Shown here: positions 8,989-19,408 of the stretch, piece after piece | How the letters are laid out: every line of letters begins with the position of its first letter | Position numbering within the stretch: position 1 is the stretch's first letter | Assembly: GCA_963668315.1 (NCBI GenBank) | Contig: OY764216.1 | Coordinates: 3,712,001-3,776,000, forward strand | Direction: 5' to 3' | Length of the DNA stretch: 64,000 nt | Source: Spirochaetia bacterium | Lineage (GTDB): Bacteria; Spirochaetota; Spirochaetia; DSM-2461 | Program-made: the position numbers and the translations under genes | The notes under the pieces: generated by a model | The model's database searches: none | What the model saw: the letters and a program-made list of their open reading frames with translations, nothing else | What the model was told of the DNA's origin: nothing

Positions 8989-10314
8989 TTATTTTTTTAT
9001 ATAGACTCTGATTCCGTCAACCATGGTCTCATCAAAACCCAGATTTTCATCAATCATTTCATTTTTACCAATAAGCAGTATGCCGCCCGGCTTCAGATTT
9101 TCCATAATGAGTTTCAATACGTAAGACTGAGACTCCGACGGCAGGAGTGAAAGTATATCTCTCATAACAACCATATCCAGGGCGGGAAGATTAGCTTCAT
9201 TCACAAGATCGTGATATTCGAAAATAATGGAATTTTTAACGGCGTCATTAAACTGCCATTTCCCCGAAACCGATTCGACCAGCATATCTTTGTAGTATTC
9301 AGGAACGAATTCCCGGTCAACATTTAAGGTAGGAGCCGAGGAAATCGCCATAAGATCATTATCATAGGCCAGGATTTTCAGAAGAGTACCGGGAAATGTC
9401 TTTTTTATTACGGTGGCTATGGAAAATGATTCCAGACCGTTTCCGCATCCTCCGTTGAGGATATAATAGGTGCTGCCCATGGAAGCGGGAAGAATCTTTT
9501 TAAAGGACTGAATATAATCCATGTTCCAGAGATTATCCGTATGGGGAGAATAGAAGGGCTTCACAAAGGCTACGGCATCCTCCTCATTCCTGAACTGGAT
9601 CTCCTTGCCCTCTCTCTTTCTATCCTGGCTCCACGTCGCATAGCGCTGCTTAACCCAGTCCACATTGATGGAGGTTACAAACATTTTCTTAAAGGTCTTC
9701 AACGACTCGGAAATAAACTGAATGTTCAGCTCTTCCTCGGAGGCGTCGGCGGACGGCTCAGCCATAACAGGAACGGCGGGAGCGACCGGCACGGAAACCT
9801 GCTCGCTCACCTCCGTCTCTTCGGAATTGAAGATTCTCTCCACATCAAGTATGACATAGAGCTTCTTATCCGATTCGACAATTCCCGAAATATACTTGAC
9901 GTTAATGTCACCGAAAAGGGGATGGGGGGGCTGAATTGAATCGGAAGGAATGCCCACGACCTTATCTATCGTGTCGACGATGACCGCTATGGTATGATCC
10001 TCCAGACGAAGAATGATCATATTTTCCAGATTTTTCTGGTCCATTCCTCTCTGGGATATATTGTGCTGATTAAAGAAGATACGCAGATCAATCACCGAGA
10101 TAATATCACCCCTGAGATTATACACACCCACGACAAAGGGGGCGGCATTCGGCACGTAGGTGAATTTATTATCCTTGGAGATCTCCTTGACCTTCATTAT
10201 ATCAATGGCATAGTCTCTTCCGGCCAGCGTAAAGGTTACCATACGAAAGTCTACGTTAGCCACGGAGTTTTTTTCTTCCAGTATGTCCTGTTGTTCCATT
10301 GCCAAATTATCCAT
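8989..10314 (-). CDS. cheW: Spirochaete CheW fused to a CheR-like methyltransferase domain
   Basis: N-terminal CheW (YAIDIMKVKEI, VGVYNLRGDIISVIDLR); C-terminal CheR-like GCGNGLESFS, FEYHDL, RDIL, LKPGGILLIGKNE. Confidence 0.85.
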   Translation of the reverse strand: MDNLAMEQQDILEEKNSVANVDFRMVTFTLAGRDYAIDIMKVKEISKDNKFTYVPNAAPFVVGVYNLRGDIISVIDLRIFFNQHNISQRGMDQKNLENMIILRLEDHTIAVIVDTIDKVVGIPSDSIQPPHPLFGDINVKYISGIVESDKKLYVILDVERIFNSEETEVSEQVSVPVAPAVPVMAEPSADASEEELNIQFISESLKTFKKMFVTSINVDWVKQRYATWSQDRKREGKEIQFRNEEDAVAFVKPFYSPHTDNLWNMDYIQSFKKILPASMGSTYYILNGGCGNGLESFSIATVIKKTFPGTLLKILAYDNDLMAISSAPTLNVDREFVPEYYKDMLVESVSGKWQFNDAVKNSIIFEYHDLVNEANLPALDMVVMRDILSLLPSESQSYVLKLIMENLKPGGILLIGKNEMIDENLGFDETMVDGIRVYIKK

Positions 10315-10325
10315 CTAGGTCTCCT

Positions 10326-12692
10326 CTACTGAAAACTCAAAGCGGTCTGTGTACGATTCTCCTGGGCACGCTTAACGCCTAAGTCCAGAAGCTGGCTTAC
10401 ATCGATGATGAGGGAGACCGTTCCGTCTCCCAGGATGGTGGCCCCGGCGATACCGGGAGAATTGGTATATTTATCCTTGAGAGGCTTGATGACCACATCC
10501 TCCTCTCCGATAAGCGAATCGACAACCAGTCCCATCTTCTTATCACCCGAACCGACGATGACGACAAAAAGATGCTCCTTGTCCTGATCGGTATTTATCC
10601 TGAAAAGCTTATCAAGCCTTAAGAGAGAAATGACATCATTCCTCACATTGAAAACTTCGTAATTATCAATGATCTTGATATCCTTCGGCTTGATACGGTG
10701 ACTCTCGATAACCGATGTAATGGGGATGGCATAGATTTCCGTACCGACACGGACCAGGAGTCCCTGAACGATAGCGAGAGTAAGGGGAAGCTTTATGATA
10801 AACTTCGTTCCCTTCCCTATCTGGGAATCCACACTGACCGATCCGTTAAGCTTTTCGATCTCTTTCTTAACAACATCAAGCCCCACGCCCCGCCCGGAGA
10901 CGTTGGTTATTGTTTTCGCCGTGGAAAAGCCCGGTTCGAATATGAGATTGTAGATATCCGCCTCGGTCAGGGATTTGCCCGGATGGATGACGCCCCTCTC
11001 GATAGCCTTGGCTTTGATCTTATCCGGGTTGATTCCGGCACCGTCATCGGAAACTTCGATAACGATCATATTGCCTTCGTTGCTGGCTTTCAGAAGAAGT
11101 GTTCCCATCTCCTCCTTGCCGGCTTCAACTCTCTCCTGGGGATGCTCGATGCCGTGATCAAGGGAGTTCCTGATACAGTGCATGAGAGGATCCAGAAGCT
11201 GTTCCGTAACGGACTTATCGAGTTCCGTATCTTCACCCTCGATAACCAGATCGACATTCTTGTCCAGGGTCTTGCACAAGTCCCTGACAAGTCTCGGGAA
11301 GCGGGAGAAAATCTGATTAATCGGAACCATCCGGATTCTGAGAATACCTTCATGCAGATCGCCCGTATTCCTTCCCAGATTGGCGGCGGTGTTTTTGAAT
11401 GTGCCCAGGGTAAATTTCAATTTTGAATCAAAACTGTCAAAAACGGAGAAAAGATCCTCATACTGGGAAAGCAGCTCGTCTCTCACTTCGGTCGGAGTCG
11501 AACCTTTCTGCACTTTTTCCAATATCAGGGGAAGATTCTCGAAAAGGCCTTTCAGCCTCTCCTTATATTCGTTCTCCGCCGATCCCAGTTCGCTGGTTAT
11601 ATCTACAAACTGATTGCTTATCTGGTTAAAGGAGGCTTTATTAATGACCGCTTCCGATACCAGATTCAAAAGGTTATCGATCCGTTTGCTGTCTACCCTC
11701 AAAATGGCTGAGTTGGCCTTGGACTTTTTCTTGGGGCTTGCCTTTCTGGCCTGCTCTTTCTGAGCATCCTCGACCTGCTGCTGAATATCCTCTTCAACGG
11801 CCGGAACGGCAGCGCGGGTTTCCCTGACGGGAGCGGCTTCTGCTACGACCGGTTTCGGTGCAGGGGCTTTCTGGGGCTCACTGTATACTTTAATATCCTC
11901 ACCATCGAGATCAGCCACAGCCACGTCTGTCGTTACATCACTGATGGCGGCAAACCGTTTCAACTCCTCTTCCGACGAATCGGTAGCGAGAAAATACTCG
12001 ACAACGGGCCAGTACTGATCTTCGTACAGTTTTTCAAAATCGGGAACCGTCTTCAGAATAACACCCTTATCTTTCAACCGGGCGTAAACCTGAATACCGC
12101 CGACGCTGTTCATCGGATTGGCCTCATCAAAGGATACGGATATCTGAAAAACCTTCTTCTCTCCGGCTGCTTCTTTCATCTCCAGCATTTCATACTCTGA
12201 AATGGCCGTTTCCACATCGTTCAGCTCGATTTCGGGGGCAGATACAGCAGGTGCGGCTTTAGCGGCTGGTTTTGCTGACGCGGATCTGCCGCTCTCTTTT
12301 TTGAGAAAGGATTCCAGTTTATTTTCCAGCTCACTGATATCTTCGCTGAACAGATTCCCGTCCTGCCGTTCCGTAATCATACTTTTAATTGTATCAATCG
12401 AATTAAGCAATACATCAACCACATCACCTGTTATGGCTACTTTATCGCTTCGGATCTCATCGAGTAAATCCTCAACTATGTGGGTAAAACCTGCCAACTC
12501 TTCCATTTGTACAGTCGCAGAGGATCCTTTTAACGTATGGGCGGCGCGGAAAATTTCATCAATGGCTTCCTTATCGCCCGGATTATTCTCTATGGCGAGA
12601 ATATTCTGTTCAAGCAGTTCAATCTGCTGGGTCGCCTCCATGAAGAAATCATTCAGCAACTCTTCGTTATTAGGATCAAAATAATCACTCAT
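10326..12692 (-). CDS. cheA: Chemotaxis histidine kinase CheA
   Basis: Hpt FRAAHTLKGSS, P2, LRVDSKRIDNLLNLVSE, HCIRNSLDHGIE, DDGAG, GFST, SGRGVGLDVV, CheW-like P5. Confidence 0.95.
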   Translation of the reverse strand: MSDYFDPNNEELLNDFFMEATQQIELLEQNILAIENNPGDKEAIDEIFRAAHTLKGSSATVQMEELAGFTHIVEDLLDEIRSDKVAITGDVVDVLLNSIDTIKSMITERQDGNLFSEDISELENKLESFLKKESGRSASAKPAAKAAPAVSAPEIELNDVETAISEYEMLEMKEAAGEKKVFQISVSFDEANPMNSVGGIQVYARLKDKGVILKTVPDFEKLYEDQYWPVVEYFLATDSSEEELKRFAAISDVTTDVAVADLDGEDIKVYSEPQKAPAPKPVVAEAAPVRETRAAVPAVEEDIQQQVEDAQKEQARKASPKKKSKANSAILRVDSKRIDNLLNLVSEAVINKASFNQISNQFVDITSELGSAENEYKERLKGLFENLPLILEKVQKGSTPTEVRDELLSQYEDLFSVFDSFDSKLKFTLGTFKNTAANLGRNTGDLHEGILRIRMVPINQIFSRFPRLVRDLCKTLDKNVDLVIEGEDTELDKSVTEQLLDPLMHCIRNSLDHGIEHPQERVEAGKEEMGTLLLKASNEGNMIVIEVSDDGAGINPDKIKAKAIERGVIHPGKSLTEADIYNLIFEPGFSTAKTITNVSGRGVGLDVVKKEIEKLNGSVSVDSQIGKGTKFIIKLPLTLAIVQGLLVRVGTEIYAIPITSVIESHRIKPKDIKIIDNYEVFNVRNDVISLLRLDKLFRINTDQDKEHLFVVIVGSGDKKMGLVVDSLIGEEDVVIKPLKDKYTNSPGIAGATILGDGTVSLIIDVSQLLDLGVKRAQENRTQTALSFQ

Positions 12693-12802
12693 ATAAGTAC
12701 CTGCTTTTGGATAGAATTTGCTATTCAACTAATTCTAAACAATTTTCCATCATATTGCATCCTTTTTTTTATAAAAACGATAATTTTACAGAAAAAAAAG
12801 AT

Positions 12803-12831
12803 AAAAAAATGCCCCCTTTTCAGGGGGCATT
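12803..12831 (-). terminator. Intrinsic terminator after flaA
   Basis: Minus strand AATGCCCCCT-gaaa-AGGGGGCATT followed by T run. Confidence 0.8.
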
Positions 12832-12861
12832 CTAATCCGTAATTAACGGGTTAAGTAGATT

Positions 12862-13851
12862 TTATTCGGCGGTTTCCTCGTCAGCGGTGGTTGTTACGCC
12901 GTCTCCGTCAACATGCATTTTCTGCTGTTCAATGTAACGAAGGACCTGAAGATTTCCCAATCTCTTGATTTCGTTTTTGCGGCGGTCTTCTTCCCTGTCG
13001 GCAAGAATGCCCCAAACGGCTTCATCATCGATCTCTTCATCCACGTTCTCGAGGATAGCCAGGTCATAGGCTACAGAAATATCTTTGATGTAAGCAATGA
13101 AATCACCGCCTTCCATCATGGCATCTTTATAGAAATTGATGCTCTCGAAGGAAATGGACGGAGCCATTCTGGGATAAAGAGCATGCTTCTTCATTTCTCT
13201 GTTTCTTACTTCGGTAATGTAATTGGGGTTCTCCCAAACCAGCTCTTTCCAGCCCTCGAAGTTCAGATAGCCGAAGGGAATATTGATTTCCTCTTCGCTC
13301 TCGTTCTTCAGGACAACGGAAATACCCTGATCAAAGTTCATACCCTTAACATTGATGGCAACGCTTTTAATAACGCCGACATTCTTAAGAACACCGTATC
13401 CGTTGAACTGATTACCAACGCTGGCTTCAGGATCATTCGGATGAGTTGCATAGGCGGGAATTTCAAAGGGGGGTTTAACAAAACCATAGGAATTGAAACT
13501 CTGCTCGGGATAATGAATTCTTACACCCATGACAGTATCACCGGGGAAAGAGATAGCACCTTCCGGTACAGCAACTGCCTTAACATAAGAATAACGATCA
13601 TTCAAAACAGTCCGGGAAGACGAAGTAAGATCTACTTCCCAGTTCTCTATATAAAGAGAAGAAACCATCCGTGATTTTTCTTCATCAGAATAGCGTGTAC
13701 CTGCTTCACTACCGTAATCCATTATCGTAGCGGTGTTCTGGCCTGATTCATCTGCTGTAAGCATGGAAAAGTCGATAAGGATATCTTCCTTGGCAAATAC
13801 AGCAGAAGCCATTAACATAAACACTAATAGGACAACAACAAACCTCTTCAT
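12862..13851 (-). CDS. flaA: Flagellar filament outer-layer (sheath) protein FlaA
   Basis: Signal peptide; LIDFS, NWEVDLTSSS, MGVRIHYP, KPPFEIPAY, GYGVLKNVGVIKS, GYLNFEGWKELVWENPNYI, LYP; upstream of cheA. Confidence 0.9.
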   Translation of the reverse strand: MKRFVVVLLVFMLMASAVFAKEDILIDFSMLTADESGQNTATIMDYGSEAGTRYSDEEKSRMVSSLYIENWEVDLTSSSRTVLNDRYSYVKAVAVPEGAISFPGDTVMGVRIHYPEQSFNSYGFVKPPFEIPAYATHPNDPEASVGNQFNGYGVLKNVGVIKSVAINVKGMNFDQGISVVLKNESEEEINIPFGYLNFEGWKELVWENPNYITEVRNREMKKHALYPRMAPSISFESINFYKDAMMEGGDFIAYIKDISVAYDLAILENVDEEIDDEAVWGILADREEDRRKNEIKRLGNLQVLRYIEQQKMHVDGDGVTTTADEETAE

Positions 13852-13895
13852 TAATTAGCTCCTTTCTAATTTGACGTAAAAATCTACTAATTCAA

Positions 13896-13923
13896 ATTAT
13901 ACTTACACCAAAAGGTTTGTCAA
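13896..13923 (-). promoter_or_regulatory. Consensus sigma70 promoter of flaA with upstream A-tract
   Basis: TTGACA-16-TATAAT; A11 tract at 13931-13941 (UP-element-like); SD AAAGGAG. Confidence 0.75.
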
Positions 13924-13967
13924 CGAATTATTTTTTTTTTTGCCCTTTTTCAAAAAAACGTGCAAGT

Positions 13968-14471
13968 CTAGGAAGAAGCCCCGCTAAATACATGAGAGTG
14001 AGGGACTTGGCCGTCCACGGTAAATTTCACATCCGCCACATCATGAAAGTTGAACATTAAATTTTTCTTCAGTATTTCAAGCATCTTATCTCCGTCCAGA
14101 GGCCGGGGAGTCTCCTCGCCAAGGGAGATTAATTCGATGGACAGGTCTATATAGAGGATATTTTTCCCGCTGTCAAAGATGAGAGAATTGATGACAACCC
14201 CCTCGGGGACCGTCTCGTTCAAGTGAAAATCATAGGGTTCAAGCAAAGCTTCCCCCAGGAGCACTTTCATGTTTTCCGACCTGTTATCCCTCACGGGGAG
14301 TATATGAAAATCACCGGCCACGTCAACGTAGTCATCCTCAGGAAAAAAGAGGATAACTCTTTTCTTCTCAGGGCCGTGAATGAGAAATATCATAAGTGAA
14401 ACAAAAAAGACCAAAAACAACAAACCTGCCGTTACCATGGGGGATGTAAGGAATACCTTTATATTTTTCAT
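13968..14471 (-). CDS. Membrane-anchored GerMN-domain-like protein
   Basis: N-terminal TM, ILFFP, VPEGVVINSL, LYIDLS, VKFTVDGQ pattern. Confidence 0.55.
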   Translation of the reverse strand: MKNIKVFLTSPMVTAGLLFLVFFVSLMIFLIHGPEKKRVILFFPEDDYVDVAGDFHILPVRDNRSENMKVLLGEALLEPYDFHLNETVPEGVVINSLIFDSGKNILYIDLSIELISLGEETPRPLDGDKMLEILKKNLMFNFHDVADVKFTVDGQVPHSHVFSGASS

Positions 14472-14475
14472 CACT

Positions 14476-16020
14476 CTATTTCTCCTTGATGCTGTCCAGA
14501 AGCCAGCGGGCGCCCTGTACGGAACCTCTTAATATTGCCTGCCAGAAGTAAAGAGAAAACCGGCTGTCTTTACCTTTGGGAATCTCGTACTCTTTAATGA
14601 CGGTTTTAGCGGCCTCCGAGAGAGTCCGTCCCTGCCAGTCGGTCAGCTCTTCCGTCAGGAGGGATTTCAAGGGAAGAACACCCTCTATTCCCGTAAAGGG
14701 GATATTCAGGAAGTCCGGATCACCCCACTCCTTCTTCATATCTTCAAGGGCCTTTTCTTCGTAGGGAAAAGCGGAAGGAGGGAAATCACCGGTTCCGTTC
14801 AGAAAACGGGCCGTGTCTTCATTCCCCGTTTCCAGTCTTATGACAATGGAACGGGCTGCCCTCTCGGCGGCGCCTATGGCTTTGCCCCTGTCCTTTCCGC
14901 AGGAAATCACATTGCCTACCTTCTCCACATTATTACGGGGAAAATCGACGGTGTCCCCCTCATCCTTCAGGATAAAGATATCCTTGACAAGCTGCATATT
15001 ATGGGCGGTTTCCAGATTGTCCAGCGAAGCGATCCTGCCGGGAATGGAAATGAATGCCCGCTCGGCGGAAACCCGGTCTTCTTCTTTTTCTTCAAAGCGG
15101 GGTTTCTCCCCGACGCACAGCAGGAGGGCGTTTCTGACGGCGCTTCGACCGGCACTGTACGGATAGGTCCATCCAGACATGAATCCGCCGGAAAGCCGGG
15201 CGGCAATCTCACCAATCCAGGCTTTGCCCCGGGAGAACTTAATATCCCCCTTGGCGGCGCCGTTATTGATTCCCAGCGCTTTGATTCCCGCCGTAAAGGT
15301 CTCGATAACTGCCGCTTTCATCCCTTCATCCGTTTCGGTGGGCATGGTATGCCCCATTTCGATGAAATAGGGAGGGAAAAAGATATGCCTGTCGGCCATG
15401 CCGTAGATTTCCACCTCCCCGTCGCAGACAAGGCTGTCCAGACTGAATTCGGGCCCTTCCAGATACTCTTCCACGATGGCCCTCTGGGTCCGTGAAAAAG
15501 CGATGGCCTTTGTCAGACCGTCGATCAGCTCCGCCTCGTTATCCACCCGGCGGACACCGCGGGCGCCCATATTATCAACCGGTTTGACGACCAGGGGAAA
15601 ATCCAGAGTTTCCAGAGGGGTCAGAGGACCCATTTCGGGAGACATCTCCACGAACCGGGGCGAAGAGACGCCGGCCTCTTCAAACCGCGCCCGCATTCTC
15701 ACTTTATCGGAGGCGTCAAGGGCGGTCTGATAGCCGATTCCGGGAAGTCCGGTCTTTTCGGCGACCCAGGCCACGGAGGGTGAGAAATCGGTTCCCACCG
15801 TCATGACCCCGTCCAATCCGTATTTTTCTTTATAGGCTTGCGCCGCTTCGGCTAGCCCCACCCGATCCTTCAGGTCGATAGGAAGAAAATGGTCACAGAG
15901 ATTAACGGCGGGGGCATCTTTGTTCCCGTCTACGCAAAAAGTCTTCCAACCCAATTCCCGGGCTATTTCCAGGGCGGGGATCTGCATAATTCCCGCTCCC
16001 AATATCATTACATGCTTCAT
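14476..16020 (-). CDS. ATP-grasp ligase (amide/L-amino-acid ligase-like)
   Basis: ILGAGIMQ, DKVRMR, FPLVVKPVDNMGARGV, VEEYLEGPEFS, EMGHTMP, IGEIAARLSGG. Confidence 0.8.
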   Translation of the reverse strand: MKHVMILGAGIMQIPALEIARELGWKTFCVDGNKDAPAVNLCDHFLPIDLKDRVGLAEAAQAYKEKYGLDGVMTVGTDFSPSVAWVAEKTGLPGIGYQTALDASDKVRMRARFEEAGVSSPRFVEMSPEMGPLTPLETLDFPLVVKPVDNMGARGVRRVDNEAELIDGLTKAIAFSRTQRAIVEEYLEGPEFSLDSLVCDGEVEIYGMADRHIFFPPYFIEMGHTMPTETDEGMKAAVIETFTAGIKALGINNGAAKGDIKFSRGKAWIGEIAARLSGGFMSGWTYPYSAGRSAVRNALLLCVGEKPRFEEKEEDRVSAERAFISIPGRIASLDNLETAHNMQLVKDIFILKDEGDTVDFPRNNVEKVGNVISCGKDRGKAIGAAERAARSIVIRLETGNEDTARFLNGTGDFPPSAFPYEEKALEDMKKEWGDPDFLNIPFTGIEGVLPLKSLLTEELTDWQGRTLSEAAKTVIKEYEIPKGKDSRFSLYFWQAILRGSVQGARWLLDSIKEK

Positions 16021-16032
16021 CAAGAAGGCTCC

Positions 16033-17781
16033 TTACTCGGTCGATTTGACGGCATACACTTCCAGGCTGTCTCCCAATGAGAACAATCGGCTCATCAGCA
16101 AAATCACATTATAGGAAAAAGATCCTTTTTTTCCAACCCATCGACCGAACCGTTCAGGATGATGACCCACGCTTTTTATCCGAATATGGGTAAAACCGGA
16201 TTTTTTCAGAAGGCGCCGGGCGCCCCGCGGCGTATAAATAACGTAGTGATCTCCGGGACTTTTTTCCAGAAAGGCGGCAAGATCCCTCCTGGCGGAGATG
16301 CCCGAACCGGAGGGCGTACCGAAAGCAAGGACGCCTCCCGCGCGAAGGGAGAGAGAAAGTTCCGCCAGGAGTTCTTTCTGGTTCTGTATATGCTCTATGA
16401 CATACCAGAGGGTTGTCACATTCCCGGGCCGGGCCTGTAATTCTTCCGCTACAGCCCTATCCTGCAGGGAGCCCCGAATGACCGGGATGGCCAGGTGTTC
16501 TTCAATCCAGGCCGCCCCGTCTTCATTAATCTCCACGCCGCGGCATTGAAAACCCTTTTCCGATGCCGAGGCCAGAAAGGGGCCGAAGGCACAGCCGAGA
16601 TCGGTAAGGAGAAGCCCCTCAATCTCTTCTTTACACTTCACCGACAGGGAGCGGCAGATCCGCGCGATCCTTCCCGCCCCCATGGTCTTTATGTTCTCAA
16701 AATCCTCAAGGTAGGTCTTCCCGTACTGGGCTTTATAGCGGCCGAAAAAATACTCCCGGTCATACTCCTCTTCTTCCCGGTTCCAGTTGACCAGATAATA
16801 ATTGCCGCATTCTGAGCAACGGTAAAAACTTCTGTTCCCGAAACGGACGAGAACGGGATTGGCTTCGCGGGAGCAGAGAGGGCATTCGGCCCGGGGAGCC
16901 GTACCGAGGGAATCAAGCAGATCATACAGAAAGGGAGCCCTGCCCCCGGAGCCGGCGGAGTCAAAGGGACCTCTCTCAATAAGTTCCGCCACTTTCCCGG
17001 CGGATTCAGCCCCGACACCGGCAGAAAGAAAGCCGGCACTCCGGGAGAGTTTCTCATGATAGGCTGTGGGATTGAGAAGAATGACACGGCAGCCGGCCTC
17101 GCGGGCTTCATAGGATGTCAGTCCGAAGGATGTAATGACAGTTTCATAGCTCTCGTAAAGATCATCGAGCGATTCGGGCGCTTTGTACAGGGTCACCGAG
17201 TCGGGAAGGGAGAGATCTCGGCATAGAGGCCCCTGGACGACGCCAATTTTTCTCTTCTCCCCCCCCGGCGACAGAATGCTTTCCAGGGCGGGAGCGGTCA
17301 GGCCGGCAGGGTCCTCTCCGCCGAAGGTAATGAGCAGAGAGCCTCCGGTCCGTTTTCTTCCGGTCATATCCCGTGAAATCGACCTGAAAAGAGGATTCGC
17401 CGCAGCATTGGCTTTTTCTTTTGAGAGGGAGGGAAAAGTATCTATGAGGAAGGAGGAATATCTTCGCGATTCCCCCCCCTCATCAAGGGAGATGACGGGA
17501 GCCAGCTTATCCCACCTGAGCCACTCAGACAACGAAGTCTCCCTATTATCCATGAGGATTCTGTCCGGAACGGGATGGATATCTGCGAAATCGGTATGAA
17601 TCGTATAATCGGCCAGAGAGGGAAAACGCCTCTTCAGTTCATCGGCTTCATCCGGGGTCGTATCGAGATAAAAACGGCAGGTCTGCCCTTTTCCCCTAAG
17701 CTGCCCGGCAAGATAGAGACAGCGCTTTAAATGGCCCGTTCCGTTTTTTTTCTTTACAGAGGGGATAATGAGGGTTGTCAA
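16033..17781 (-). CDS. PseG/SpsG-like GT-B domain fused to Zn-ribbon and class I SAM methyltransferase
   Basis: GTGHLKRCLYLA, LLITFGGEDPAGLT, SFGLTSYEA; CPLC...CSEC; DLGCAFGPFL, GVEIN, WYVIEH; TTG start overlapping spsF stop. Confidence 0.7.
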   Translation of the reverse strand: MTTLIIPSVKKKNGTGHLKRCLYLAGQLRGKGQTCRFYLDTTPDEADELKRRFPSLADYTIHTDFADIHPVPDRILMDNRETSLSEWLRWDKLAPVISLDEGGESRRYSSFLIDTFPSLSKEKANAAANPLFRSISRDMTGRKRTGGSLLITFGGEDPAGLTAPALESILSPGGEKRKIGVVQGPLCRDLSLPDSVTLYKAPESLDDLYESYETVITSFGLTSYEAREAGCRVILLNPTAYHEKLSRSAGFLSAGVGAESAGKVAELIERGPFDSAGSGGRAPFLYDLLDSLGTAPRAECPLCSREANPVLVRFGNRSFYRCSECGNYYLVNWNREEEEYDREYFFGRYKAQYGKTYLEDFENIKTMGAGRIARICRSLSVKCKEEIEGLLLTDLGCAFGPFLASASEKGFQCRGVEINEDGAAWIEEHLAIPVIRGSLQDRAVAEELQARPGNVTTLWYVIEHIQNQKELLAELSLSLRAGGVLAFGTPSGSGISARRDLAAFLEKSPGDHYVIYTPRGARRLLKKSGFTHIRIKSVGHHPERFGRWVGKKGSFSYNVILLMSRLFSLGDSLEVYAVKSTE

Positions 17782-18452
17782 AGGCTGATATTCCTCCTGA
17801 GCCAGTCGACCAGTATATCCACTTCCAGGGGAAAGGCCCCTCCCGTGTCCCTGAGGATTGTCTCTGCCAGAGCCAGATCTTCCGCCGTGTCCACGGAGAT
17901 TTTTTCCCGGCCGAAGCCGTACTCGCCGCTGATATCGGGCCGGTTGATAACAAAACGATCGGGATGATTATAAAGATAGGGAGCCACATGCTCATGATCA
18001 AAGGCTTTATCCGTTTCCTCATCGGCCCTGATCAATGCTTCCGTCCTGAGAATTTCCACTCCCGTTCCCAGGGGCATGCCCACATAGCCGCTGTAATCGG
18101 CATTTTTACGCAGATGATCTTCCAGAAGGCGGTTGGCCAGCAGGGCGGAGACAAAGGGATTATCCCCGGTGGCCCGGATAATCTGATCGGCCCCGTAGAA
18201 TGCGGCTGCCTTGAGAAAACGGGCCAGGACATCCTCCTTGGGACCGGTAAACAACTCGAATCCCTGTCTCTGCGCCAAAGGGGCCAGTTCTTCGGCGGAA
18301 TCCTCCGTTGTCAGAAGAACCCGGGGAGCAGCCTGAACGGGAAGAAGGGCCTCCATGACTCTTTCAATCAACGGAATCCCCCCCAGCGGTTTCAGGGCTT
18401 TCCGGGGAAGACGGGTGGAATCGAGGCGGCACTGGAGAAAAAGAGCCGTCAT
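17778..18452 (-). CDS. SpsF-like cytidylyltransferase (CTP_transf_3 family)
   Basis: QCRLDSTRLPRKAL, GPKEDVLARF, IRATGDNPF, PLGTGVEI, EHV, SVDTAEDL. Confidence 0.8.
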   Translation of the reverse strand: MTALFLQCRLDSTRLPRKALKPLGGIPLIERVMEALLPVQAAPRVLLTTEDSAEELAPLAQRQGFELFTGPKEDVLARFLKAAAFYGADQIIRATGDNPFVSALLANRLLEDHLRKNADYSGYVGMPLGTGVEILRTEALIRADEETDKAFDHEHVAPYLYNHPDRFVINRPDISGEYGFGREKISVDTAEDLALAETILRDTGGAFPLEVDILVDWLRRNISL

Positions 18453-19408
18453 GGACAATTCCAGTTTTTCAAAAGGGAATGGACATCCCGTTTAAACCGA
18501 TTTCTGTTCTGTCTGACCCATGTACGGATCTGGCAGAACTCCCTGTAGGTCTCCACCCCGTTTCCCCGGCTCTTGGCAAGCAGTGAAAAGAGACGGTAAC
18601 CGGGGAGACGTCCGTGTCCGTGTTTAACAACGATGGCCATGGTCTTCATGAAAAAATGCCCGTAATCCCTGTCCGTCGTGATATCCAGGGCGGGGCTTTC
18701 TCCCTGATAGGAAATTTTCAGAGCTTCCTGAAAGGGGATGGTATCCCCCCAGAGGGCCACACGGAACCCCAGATCCATCAGCTGCCAGTAGGGATTGCTG
18801 ATTTTGCTGTCGAAACCGCCCAGGGAGATGAATTTTTCCCTGTGGTAGATGCCGCAGTAATCGGCGGGGAAAAGGGTATGGCACCCTTCCGTATCATTAT
18901 GAAAAATGACGTCCACATCCCTGAGGCCGTTGCGCACGGGGGCAGAACAGGTGGGAAGGATTTTTTCCTCTTCCGTGAAAACGGGAACGGTACAGAAATT
19001 ATTCCGTTCATCGATCTTCTCAAATACCCGGGAAGAAACTTTTCCCGAATGAAGGATCATATCGCTCCACAGGACGAAAACGAATTTCCCCGAAGCTTCT
19101 TTTATACCTATGTTGATGATATCTCCGGGAGTGACGCCGCCCTTTATCCTCAGGATATGATCCCCCGCCCCGGCCGGGCTGACTCCGTCGGGTTTAACGG
19201 AGCTATCACCGTTTTCCACGGAGATGATCTCACGGCAGTTCAGCTTACCCAGTTCACCGAGCAGTTCCTTGCGGAAGGGTTTCCCTCCGCGGGGAAGAAG
19301 GAGGATGGAAAAACCCTCCGGTTCCATGGGGCGGCTGGTCTTCTCCGGTCCCCCGATGAGGGTATATTCAATATCGTTTCGTTCAAAAGTTATAGGTGTA
19401 GTATTCAT
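18449..19408 (-). CDS. Degenerate GT-A/GT2-like protein
   Basis: INIGIKEASGKFVFVLWSD, FISLGGFDSKI, DLGFRVALWG; start MNTTP overlaps spiro-SPASM end. Confidence 0.55.
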   Translation of the reverse strand: MNTTPITFERNDIEYTLIGGPEKTSRPMEPEGFSILLLPRGGKPFRKELLGELGKLNCREIISVENGDSSVKPDGVSPAGAGDHILRIKGGVTPGDIINIGIKEASGKFVFVLWSDMILHSGKVSSRVFEKIDERNNFCTVPVFTEEEKILPTCSAPVRNGLRDVDVIFHNDTEGCHTLFPADYCGIYHREKFISLGGFDSKISNPYWQLMDLGFRVALWGDTIPFQEALKISYQGESPALDITTDRDYGHFFMKTMAIVVKHGHGRLPGYRLFSLLAKSRGNGVETYREFCQIRTWVRQNRNRFKRDVHSLLKNWNCP

